Positions 31,123 through 39,408 of a DNA stretch of 64,000 bases are shown here, piece by piece. Each line of letters opens with the position of its first letter. Position 1 is the stretch's first letter. A program made the position numbers and the translations under genes. Origin of the DNA: Gemmatimonadota bacterium (GTDB lineage: Bacteria; JBHIER01; G020348925). The DNA is taken from the NCBI GenBank assembly GCA_020348925.1, contig CP070758.1:4711775-4775774 (forward strand), written 5' to 3'. A model generated the notes under the pieces. It did no database searches. It was not told the origin of the DNA and saw only the letters and a list, made by a program, of their open reading frames with translations.

Positions 31123-33486
31123 ATGACAGAGAGAGTGAGCTTTTTGAGAGAGCAGAGTGTGCATACCCGTCCGTATATTTGCACTGAACGGGCGGAGCTG
31201 CTGACAGATTTTTATCAAAGCGCCTTAACCAATACGGTCTCCACCCCTGTGGCACGGGCCTTGGCCTTCAAAAATATCATGGAGAATAAGACCGTCTATA
31301 TCGGTGAGAGAGAACTGATCGTGGGAGAGAGGGGATCGGCACCAAAAGCTACGCCCACGTACCCTGAGTTGTGTTGTCACACATTGGAGGATCTGGAGAT
31401 ATTGAATGCCAGAGAGCGGGCGCCCTTCCTGGTGAGTGAGGAGGCGAAGAACGTTTACAGTGAAAAGGTCATCCCCTTCTGGATGGGCAGGACCATGCGC
31501 GATCGGATCTTCGCCGCCATGTCCGAGGAATGGATGAACGCGTTCCAGGCAGGAGTGTTTACGGAATTCATGGAGCAGAGGGCGCCCGGGCACGCCATTT
31601 TGGACGACAAGATCTATCATAGGGGATTGCTCGATTTCAAGCGAGACATCAAACGAGGGCTGGATAGTCTTGATTATTTCAACGATCCTGACGCCTACAC
31701 GAAGGGAGAGGAACTGAAGGCGATAGAGATCGGTGCGGACGCAATCATTCTCTTTGCGGGGCGCCATGCCGAGAAAGCGAGAGCACTGGCGGAGGCGGAA
31801 ACGGATCCGCACAGGAAAGAGGAGCTGGGTAGAATCGCAGAGGTGTGCTCCCATGTCCCGGCCCGTGCTCCGAGAAATTTCTGGGAGGCCTTGCAGGCGT
31901 ACTGGTTCGTCCATCTGGGCGTCATCACCGAATTGAATGTCTGGGATTCCTTCAACCCGGGACGTCTCGATCAGCATTTGTATCCCTTCTATGTGAAGGA
32001 TTTGGAAGAAGGACATCTTACCGAGGAGGCCGCAAAGGAGTTGTTGGAATGTTTCTGGATCAAGTTTAACAATCAGCCGGCCCCTCCGAAGGTGGACATC
32101 ACCGATGAGCAGAGCGGTACCTATCAGGATTTCGCCTTGATCAATGTCGGCGGCCTATCAGAAGACGGATCAGACGCCGTCAACGATCTCTCCTACCTCA
32201 TACTGGATGTCGTTGAGGAGATGCGGCTCATCCAGCCCAGCGCCTGCATTCAACTCAGCAGCAAAAATCTCGATCGTTTCTTAACAAAGGCCGTCGAGGT
32301 CGTCAGGGCCGGGTTCGGACAACCCTCGATGTTCAATACCGATGTGATTCTGCAGGAGTTTCTCCACGCCGGCAAGTCCATGGAGGATGCGAGGGCTGGG
32401 GGGCCGAGCGGCTGTGTGACCATCAGTGCCTTCGGCAAGGAGAGCTGCACGTTGACCGGATACTGCAACTGGCCCAAAATCTTTGAGCTGACCCTGAACA
32501 ACGGAACCGATCCGCAGAATGGAGTGCCCGTCGGACTGAAGACGGGCAACCCTGCGGATTTCTCGACCTTTGACCATTTGTTATCAGCGTATAGAGAACA
32601 ACTGAAATACTTTTTGGACATCAAGATCAAAGGTAATAATATCATTGAGAGAATCTACGCGGAGTATATGCCTGCGCCTTTCATGTCGCTCCTTGTTGAT
32701 GACTGTATTGCCAAGGCGAAGGATTATCACAACGGCGGGCCGCGGTATAATTCCACGTATATCCAGGGTGTCGGTATTGGGACGCTGACGGATTCGCTGT
32801 CAGCGGTGAAATATCATGTCTTTGACAATAGGCATATGACGATGGCCGAGCTGCTTGAGCTGCTTCGGGATGACTTTACCGGGTCCGAGAAAACAAGAAA
32901 GATGTTGTTAAACGAAACTCCGAAGTACGGCAATGATGAGGACTACTCGGACGGCATCGCGCGGTCCGTCTTTAACATATACTTTGATCTTTTGGACGGG
33001 CGGCCCAACACGAAGGGCGGAAAGTATCGGGTCAATCTGCTGCCGACCACGGTCCACATCTACTTCGGGCGGGTTACCGGTGCGACGCCGGACGGGCGGA
33101 AAGCAGGAGAACCGCTCTCCGACGGTATTTCACCGGCACAGGGAGCGGACAGGAAAGGTCCCACCGCTGTCATCAAATCGGCCTCCAGGATCGATCATGC
33201 CAGGACCGGCGGGACGCTGCTCAATCAGAAATTCATGCCGCAGTTGCTGGCGGATGAGGCCGGCAGAGAAAAACTGAGGCATCTGATCCGAACATACTTC
33301 AAGCTGGGCGGGCATCACATGCAGTTCAATGTCGTCGACGCGGAGACGTTGCGGGAAGCCCAGAGGGAGCCGGAAAAATACAAAGACCTCATCGTCCGTG
33401 TGGCAGGATACAGCGACCATTTTGTCGATATCGGGAGAGAGTTGCAGGATGAGATTATAAGCAGGACGGAGCATAAAGAATTTTAG
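31123..33486 (+). CDS. Glycyl radical enzyme, HypD (trans-4-hydroxy-L-proline dehydratase)-like, with variant active site
   Basis: PTYPELCCH, EFMEQRAPGH, WDSFNPGRLDQH, FNNQPAPPKV, LTGY, LPTT, RVAGYSD (Gly762). Cys loop reads GCVT (Cys431, Thr433), not GCVE. Confidence 0.9.
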   Translation: MTERVSFLREQSVHTRPYICTERAELLTDFYQSALTNTVSTPVARALAFKNIMENKTVYIGERELIVGERGSAPKATPTYPELCCHTLEDLEILNARERAPFLVSEEAKNVYSEKVIPFWMGRTMRDRIFAAMSEEWMNAFQAGVFTEFMEQRAPGHAILDDKIYHRGLLDFKRDIKRGLDSLDYFNDPDAYTKGEELKAIEIGADAIILFAGRHAEKARALAEAETDPHRKEELGRIAEVCSHVPARAPRNFWEALQAYWFVHLGVITELNVWDSFNPGRLDQHLYPFYVKDLEEGHLTEEAAKELLECFWIKFNNQPAPPKVDITDEQSGTYQDFALINVGGLSEDGSDAVNDLSYLILDVVEEMRLIQPSACIQLSSKNLDRFLTKAVEVVRAGFGQPSMFNTDVILQEFLHAGKSMEDARAGGPSGCVTISAFGKESCTLTGYCNWPKIFELTLNNGTDPQNGVPVGLKTGNPADFSTFDHLLSAYREQLKYFLDIKIKGNNIIERIYAEYMPAPFMSLLVDDCIAKAKDYHNGGPRYNSTYIQGVGIGTLTDSLSAVKYHVFDNRHMTMAELLELLRDDFTGSEKTRKMLLNETPKYGNDEDYSDGIARSVFNIYFDLLDGRPNTKGGKYRVNLLPTTVHIYFGRVTGATPDGRKAGEPLSDGISPAQGADRKGPTAVIKSASRIDHARTGGTLLNQKFMPQLLADEAGREKLRHLIRTYFKLGGHHMQFNVVDAETLREAQREPEKYKDLIVRVAGYSDHFVDIGRELQDEIISRTEHKEF

Positions 33487-33544
33487 TATTGCACTTCCTT
33501 GGAGAAAGTATGAGTTCCGGGTAATGCGTAAATGAAAAAATGCT

Positions 33545-33627
33545 GTCATTCCTGCGTATGCAGGAATCTCCTCGCATTGCGCAACAGGCTCTCAAGTAAG
33601 GAGATTCCGGGATAAACCCGGAATGAC
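33545..33627. repeat. GTCATTCC palindromic repeat, copy B
   Basis: GTCATTCCTGCGTATGCAGGAATCTCCTCG...GGAGATTCCGGGATAAACCCGGAATGAC. Confidence 0.8.
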
Positions 33628-33795
33628 GCAGCATAGAATCGTGGCAAGTGCCGCGGAACTATGTTCAAAACCAATGTTTGAGGTCGCACAGGATATGTAT
33701 CCAGTGCGGAGGATGGAGAGGGATATACATCCCCAAAAAGGTTTTCGACCGGCATATATATACCGGGCGATCAAGAATATATTCAATCCACCATG

Positions 33796-33860
33796 TCCCT
33801 CCTTTTAAAAAGGAGGGAATTCGTAAATCCCCCTTTTGTAAAGGGGGATATAGGGGGATT
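33796..33860. repeat. CCCCCTTT/AAAGGGGG short palindromic repeats
   Basis: TCCCTCCTTTTAAAAAGGAGGGA and ATCCCCCTTTTGTAAAGGGGGATATAGGGGGATT. Confidence 0.7.
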
Positions 33861-33898
33861 AAATAATTTAAGGATTGTATACTCAAAAGAGGAATGTA

Positions 33899-36259
33899 AT
33901 GTCTGAGATAGACTCAACACGCCCCAATTTCTCCGATAAAGAGATACGGAAATTTGCCAAGGACTTGTATGGCCTCGACGCCTCTGTTCGACCGTTGGAC
34001 AGCTACAGTGACCAGAACTTTCACCTCACAAGTGAGATTGGTGAGGAATTTGTCTTCAAGGCGGCTCATGCCGCAGAGCAAAGGGAGGTCCTTGATGCTC
34101 AAAACCAGGCCATGAAATACCTGGAAACAGAGTGCACATCATTCGAGTTTCCTCGCGTTTGCAGGACAGTATCGGGCGAAGAGATTGTTTCCGTGAAGAC
34201 TGGCAAAGGTGGATCCTGCTCTGTACGGATGCTGACTTTTCTGAAAGGCACTTTCCTCGCCGATCTTGAATCGCAAACAGAAGATATATTATACAGTTTC
34301 GGGCGATTTTTGGGCCGTATGGACAAAGCGCTCACCGGATTTTATCACCCCGCCGTCCACAGGAATTTGCCGTGGGATTTGAAGAACACCCTTCATGCCA
34401 GCCGAAACGTCCTCCATGTTCGAAATCCGCGTCAAAGAAGTCTGGTCGAGCATTTTCTGCTCCAATTTGAAACGTTTGTCACTCCTGTTTTGCCACACCT
34501 TCGCACCAGTGTTGTTCATAGCGATGCCAATGACCACAACGTGCTTGTGGATGATTCTGATTCGGGCGACGCAAAGATTGTCGGAATAATCGACTTCGGC
34601 GATATGGTTCATACCGCTACTGTGTGCGAGCTTGCCATCGCTGTTGCCTATGCGATGTTCGGAAAAAAGGATCCTATGGAGGCGGCCAAACAGATCGTGC
34701 GCGGTTATCACGAGGTCTATCCACTGAGGGAGTCGGAGCTGGGTATACTTTTTCACTTGATATGCGGACGGCTGTGTATCAGTGTGACCATGTCGGCCCA
34801 TCAACACGAGCTCGAACCGGAGAACGAGTATATTATGGTATCCGAGAGACCGGCATGGGCATTACTTGAGAGATTGTTGGAGGTGAATCCCGAGCGAGCG
34901 GGCAACGAGTTCTTGCAGGTGTGTGAGATACCCCTCTCCCAGAAGTGGCACGGTCTGAATCACAGGGAGATCATCGATTTGAGACAACGGCTCATCGGAA
35001 AATCCCTGAGCATCTCGTATAAAAAGCCGTTAAAAATAATCCGCGGGGCGTTGCAGTATTTATATGATGATACCGGCCAGACCTATCTGGATGCTGTGAA
35101 CAATGTATCGCACGTGGGACATTGCCACCCCAAAGTTGTCAGGGCAGCGAAAGATCAGATGGCGGTCCTCAACACGAATACGCGATATCTTCACGATAAC
35201 CTCGTGACGTATGCCCAGCGCCTCACCTCGAAGATGCCTGAGCCGTTGCGTGTCTGTTTCTTCGTCTGCTCCGGAAGTGAGGCCAACGACCTGGCGCTTC
35301 GTCTGGCGAGGACGCATACGAAAGGGAGAGATGTTCTTGTCGTTGACGGTGCCTATCATGGCACGACCACGTCTGACATCGAAATAAGCCCGTACAAATT
35401 CGACGGCCCCGGCGGAGCAGGCGCCGAACCTTTTATTCACAAGGTCCCCATCCCTGATCTCTATCGGGGAGCCTATGAGGCTACCGATCCGGAGGCCGGT
35501 AAAAAGTATGCGGAATACGTTCGGACGACGATTGAGCGGATGCAGAAGGATCGAAAACAGGTGGCGGCATTCATTTGTGAGCCTCTCATGGGATGTGCGG
35601 GCCAGATTGTTTTTCCCGAAAATTATCTTCAGGAATCCTTTCGCCATGTCAGGAACGCAGGCGGCGTCTGTATCGCCGACGAAGTTCAGGTGGGGTTTGG
35701 CCGGGTGGGATCGCATTTCTGGGGTTTTGAGACGCAGGGTGTGATTCCGGATGTCGTGACTCTTGGGAAGCCCATGGGCAATGGGCATCCCCTGGCCGCG
35801 GTCCTCACGACCCCGGAAATTGCGGAGTCTTTCAACACCGGCATGGAGTATTTTAACACCTTTGGCGGCAATCCTGTCTCCTGTGCGGTGGGCCTGGCTG
35901 TTCTCGACGTGATCGAAGAAGAAAAGTTGCAGGAGAATGCGCTGAGGGTCGGTGCCCGGATGAAAAAAGGACTTGAACATCTGAAAGCGAAACATCCTCT
36001 CATTGGCGATGTGCGAGGCCTGGGTCTTTTTTTGGGCATCGAGCTCGTATTGGACCGCGAGACACTGGTCCCAGCGACCGAGCAGGCGTCGTATGTCATC
36101 GAGAGAATGAAGGAAGAGGGGGTTCTGATCAGTACGGACGGCCCTTTTCATAACGTTCTGAAGATAAAACCCCCGATGGTTTTCACCGAAGCGAACGCAG
36201 ATCTTTTGGTCAGCACCCTTGACAGAATTTTGGGGGAAGATGCCCTTCAGGACCTTTGA
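33899..36259 (+). CDS. Fusion of APH/hydroxylysine-kinase-like phosphotransferase and class-III PLP enzyme (ETNPPL/PHYKPL-type phospho-lyase-like)
   Basis: Kinase part [24 protein letters not shown] part [45 protein letters not shown]. Confidence 0.88.
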   Translation: MSEIDSTRPNFSDKEIRKFAKDLYGLDASVRPLDSYSDQNFHLTSEIGEEFVFKAAHAAEQREVLDAQNQAMKYLETECTSFEFPRVCRTVSGEEIVSVKTGKGGSCSVRMLTFLKGTFLADLESQTEDILYSFGRFLGRMDKALTGFYHPAVHRNLPWDLKNTLHASRNVLHVRNPRQRSLVEHFLLQFETFVTPVLPHLRTSVVHSDANDHNVLVDDSDSGDAKIVGIIDFGDMVHTATVCELAIAVAYAMFGKKDPMEAAKQIVRGYHEVYPLRESELGILFHLICGRLCISVTMSAHQHELEPENEYIMVSERPAWALLERLLEVNPERAGNEFLQVCEIPLSQKWHGLNHREIIDLRQRLIGKSLSISYKKPLKIIRGALQYLYDDTGQTYLDAVNNVSHVGHCHPKVVRAAKDQMAVLNTNTRYLHDNLVTYAQRLTSKMPEPLRVCFFVCSGSEANDLALRLARTHTKGRDVLVVDGAYHGTTTSDIEISPYKFDGPGGAGAEPFIHKVPIPDLYRGAYEATDPEAGKKYAEYVRTTIERMQKDRKQVAAFICEPLMGCAGQIVFPENYLQESFRHVRNAGGVCIADEVQVGFGRVGSHFWGFETQGVIPDVVTLGKPMGNGHPLAAVLTTPEIAESFNTGMEYFNTFGGNPVSCAVGLAVLDVIEEEKLQENALRVGARMKKGLEHLKAKHPLIGDVRGLGLFLGIELVLDRETLVPATEQASYVIERMKEEGVLISTDGPFHNVLKIKPPMVFTEANADLLVSTLDRILGEDALQDL

Positions 36260-36336
36260 GCACAAAATGATGATCATTGATGTAAACGGTATAGCATCTA
36301 TCGACCGGATAGAAATTAGCCTGGTTTATTCATGAA

Positions 36337-36425
36337 CTGTCATTCCGGCTGGAATGCCGGAATCTCCTCGATTGATGCAACGGATTCTCTATTCAGGAGA
36401 TTCCGGGATAAACCCGGAATGACAG
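36337..36425. repeat. GTCATTCC palindromic repeat, copy C
   Basis: CTGTCATTCCGGCTGGAATGCCGGAATCTCCTCG...GGAGATTCCGGGATAAACCCGGAATGACAG. Confidence 0.8.
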
Positions 36426-36566
36426 AGTATACAATTGTGGGAGATACTATGGAACAAAGTACAAAACCAGTATTCATTATAATTCCATAAATATATTCTT
36501 GTTATGTTGCGTTTGTAGTGGTTTTATGAATTGTCCAAGTTAGTATCTTCCCGGAAGCTTTTCCTC

Positions 36567-36602
36567 TTGACATGTATGCATGATAGATGCATATTTATGC
36601 AT
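36567..36602 (+). promoter_or_regulatory. vapB promoter with overlapping ATGCAT palindromes (candidate operator)
   Basis: TTGACA-N17-CATATT; ATGCAT at 36576, 36587 and 36597. Confidence 0.55.
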
Positions 36603-36797
36603 ATGAGAACGACACTGAACATCGACGATGAAATCCTGAACAAAGCCTCAGAGTTGACGGGTATTAGGGAAAAAACTTCTCTGGTGCGGCTCGGCTTGGA
36701 GGCGCTCATTGCCCGTGAAAGTAGTAAGCGACTCGCAAGCTTGGGAGGGACTGAAAAAGATCTTCGTCCAATTCCGAGAAGAAGATCGACAAAGTCA
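36603..36797 (+). CDS. vapB: Type II toxin-antitoxin VapB family antitoxin (stop and likely vapC lost in gap)
   Basis: MRTTLNIDDEILNKASELTGIREKTSLVRLGLEALIARESSKRLASLGGTE...PRRR. Confidence 0.88.
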
Positions 36798-36897
36798 NNN
36801 NNNNNNNNNNNNNNNNNNNNNNNNNNNNNNNNNNNNNNNNNNNNNNNNNNNNNNNNNNNNNNNNNNNNNNNNNNNNNNNNNNNNNNNNNNNNNNNNN
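36798..36897. other. Assembly gap (100 N)
   Basis: Run of N. Confidence 1.
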
Positions 36898-36912
36898 AAA
36901 AAGGAGGGAGCC

Positions 36913-39138
36913 GTGTTGAAAAAGATATCTTTCGTGATGGGATGCCTGCTCATCTCATTGGCAGGCCAGGCCATGGGGAGTTGGGAATGGCAGAATTTAG
37001 GGAATGATCTGAGCAGCGTTTTCTTTGTCGATGACAATTCGGGCTGGACTGTGGGGGAATTGGGCATCGTTCTTCATACACATGACGGTGGGAAAAGCTG
37101 GGTGGCACAGAGCTGCGAAACGAAGAAGTGCCTTTCGGATGTACATTTTGTTGATGATAAAACAGGCTGGGCAGTGGGAGGAGGCGGTACAATCATGCAC
37201 ACGAAAGATGGTGGGGATAGCTGGACATCTCAATATTTCGGGATTTTCAATCGGTTCTCGGATGTGCATTTTGTCGATGACAGGAACGGTTGGGTCGTGG
37301 GCAAGACGGTGTTGGGTGATAGAGGTGTGGTCGTCCATACAACCGACGGTGGGAATACGTGGGTAAAGCAGCGTGTCAGCACTGACCACTACCTCACAGG
37401 CGTCTTTTTTGTAAGCGAGAAGGTCGGCTGGATGGTCGGCAGGACCCGATTGAGTGATCAGGGAGTCCTTTTTACTACAGAGGATGGTGGGGATACCTGG
37501 CTCGCATTGCACCTTAAGGATTCCATCGGATTTGAAAACGTCTATTTTGTCGATGCAAATTGTGGCTGGATTGTGGGTGGAAATCATGAAAACGGTACGA
37601 GTATTATCGAGTATACCAATAACGGAGGTCGGACCTGGACTGTTCAGAACTCAGTTGTCGATGAATGCCTCGTGGATGTCCATTTTATTAATGCCAACAC
37701 CGGTTGGGTCGCTGGCCACGAAGGCGCCCTGTTAAACACCACCGACGGTGGGAGCAATTGGATCGCAAAAAATCCGGCGGGCGACTGCTACCTGGCCGGG
37801 GTCCATTTTATCGATGCTGGCACAGGCTGGATCGTCGGTGGACGCAAAGAATGGTCAGGGGGTATCATTATGCAGACATCTGATGGCGGGGGCAATTGGA
37901 ATATCAACATCTCTCCGGTGACCACAGTCGATCTGCTCAATGGGTGCTTTGCTGACGTGACTACCGGGTGGCTGGTGGGATCGGGCGGTACCATCCTTCA
38001 CACCATTGATAGTGGAAATGAGTGGAACCCTCAAAACTCCGGGACTGACGAATCCCTTTCAGATGTTTCTTTTGTCGACGACCAGACGGGTTGGGTGGTG
38101 GGATTCTACGGTACCGTTCGTCACACAACAGATGGCGGGATTAACTGGGTCACTCAAAACGCGGGAACAGAGAATCATCTCACGGGTCTTTTCTTTTTCG
38201 ACGCCAGTACCGGCTGGATTGTGGGAAAGCCTGCGTGGAAGGGACCGGGCGTCCTACTGCGTACGACCGATGGTGGGAGTACCTGGGTCGCTCAGGACAT
38301 AGGAGAGTATGAGTTTTCATATGGACTCGAAAGTGTCTGTTTCGTTGATGAAAACACTGGCTGGATCGTTGGGGGGTCTTGCTGGGGGGATTCAACCATT
38401 ATTCTCCACACGGCCGATGCTGGGAATACCTGGACCGCTCAAGTTTGTGAAACCCACCACTACCTCACAAGTGTCTCCTTTGTCGATGCCAGCACCGGCT
38501 GGGCAGTTGGTGAAAAAGGAACCATCCTTCATACGGATGATGGTGGGGTCAACTGGAGGATTCAAGACTCCGGAATTGATAACAATTTCACGGAGGTCCA
38601 TTTTGTCGATGCCAATATGGGCTGGATAGTCGGTAAAGGAGGCATCGTCCTCCAGACATACGATGGTGGGGTCACCTGGAGGGTTCAGAGATCCGGGATC
38701 AATAATGATCTGAATGGAATCAGTTTCACTGATGACGGCACCGGCTGGATAGTGGGAAATAAGGGAATCATTTTACGTTCGGAGAGTGAGGGTATTGTAA
38801 TGACTGAGATTTCAATTGAGGAAGATTACAACCAGGCTGAAGAATCGCCGACCAGTTTCTGTTTGGCTCAAAACTATCCCAATCCCTTCAATTGTGAAAC
38901 AGATATCAGATATCAGATACCGGAGGGTGGATCACCTGAACGGACGACACTGAAAATCTACAATATCCTGGGGCAGGAAATAAGAACGCTGGTTGATGGG
39001 GTTAAAGAATCCGGATATCACAGGGTAAAATGGGATGGCCGGGATCGGTATGGTAGGGAGGTCGCCAGCGGAACATATTTCTACCGCCTCACGATTGGAT
39101 CCTTCACCGTTGCCCGAAGCATGACGGTGATGAAATAA
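36913..39138 (+). CDS. Secreted YCF48-like double beta-propeller protein with CTD
   Basis: SD GGAGG + GTG, signal peptide, many FVDxxxGWxVG..G.ILHTxDGGxxW repeats, QNYPNPFN. Confidence 0.88.
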   Translation: MLKKISFVMGCLLISLAGQAMGSWEWQNLGNDLSSVFFVDDNSGWTVGELGIVLHTHDGGKSWVAQSCETKKCLSDVHFVDDKTGWAVGGGGTIMHTKDGGDSWTSQYFGIFNRFSDVHFVDDRNGWVVGKTVLGDRGVVVHTTDGGNTWVKQRVSTDHYLTGVFFVSEKVGWMVGRTRLSDQGVLFTTEDGGDTWLALHLKDSIGFENVYFVDANCGWIVGGNHENGTSIIEYTNNGGRTWTVQNSVVDECLVDVHFINANTGWVAGHEGALLNTTDGGSNWIAKNPAGDCYLAGVHFIDAGTGWIVGGRKEWSGGIIMQTSDGGGNWNINISPVTTVDLLNGCFADVTTGWLVGSGGTILHTIDSGNEWNPQNSGTDESLSDVSFVDDQTGWVVGFYGTVRHTTDGGINWVTQNAGTENHLTGLFFFDASTGWIVGKPAWKGPGVLLRTTDGGSTWVAQDIGEYEFSYGLESVCFVDENTGWIVGGSCWGDSTIILHTADAGNTWTAQVCETHHYLTSVSFVDASTGWAVGEKGTILHTDDGGVNWRIQDSGIDNNFTEVHFVDANMGWIVGKGGIVLQTYDGGVTWRVQRSGINNDLNGISFTDDGTGWIVGNKGIILRSESEGIVMTEISIEEDYNQAEESPTSFCLAQNYPNPFNCETDIRYQIPEGGSPERTTLKIYNILGQEIRTLVDGVKESGYHRVKWDGRDRYGREVASGTYFYRLTIGSFTVARSMTVMK

Positions 39139-39184
39139 GATTGTGGGGTAGGTTTTCAAAGCTACCCTTTTGTTCATAAAATGA

Positions 39185-39268
39185 GTAGGGGCGAACCAGC
39201 GTGTTCGCCCTTTTTTGTATGCGATATGAATAGTTCTCCGGTAGGTCTACACATTGGTCTGCCCCATA
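39185..39268. repeat. GTAG-type REP plus degenerate inverted partner; first unit also fits a terminator
   Basis: GTAGGGGCGAACCAGCGTGTTCGCCC-TTTTTT, then ...ACACATTGGTCTGCCCCATA. Confidence 0.7.
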
Positions 39269-39408
39269 AAAGATGTTCTATCTGTTTTTGAGGTATATAT
39301 TTCACGGAAAATTCTTAATACGGTCAGTCTACTGACTAATTTTTTATAAATTCGGTCAATTTGTAACACATTTTTTCTCTCTATCAGCTCTATGGGCGAA
39401 GTTTCAAG

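Noticed and set aside
35060-36277. Long antisense ORFs (for example 405 aa here, 3549-4631, 56691-57773, 53217-54056)
   Set aside because: Shadow frames opposite well-supported genes, with no recognisable motifs.
36990-38780. Periodic DNA similarity in YCF48, NHL and TSP3 genes as a CRISPR or DGR array
   Set aside because: The repeats are degenerate at codon level and encode protein repeats; no identical direct repeats with spacers, cas or RT genes.
36531-39138. Track ORFs 36531-37007 and 36709-39138 suggesting VapB or propeller fusions
   Set aside because: They read through the N gap; vapB and the YCF48-like gene have their own starts on different contigs.
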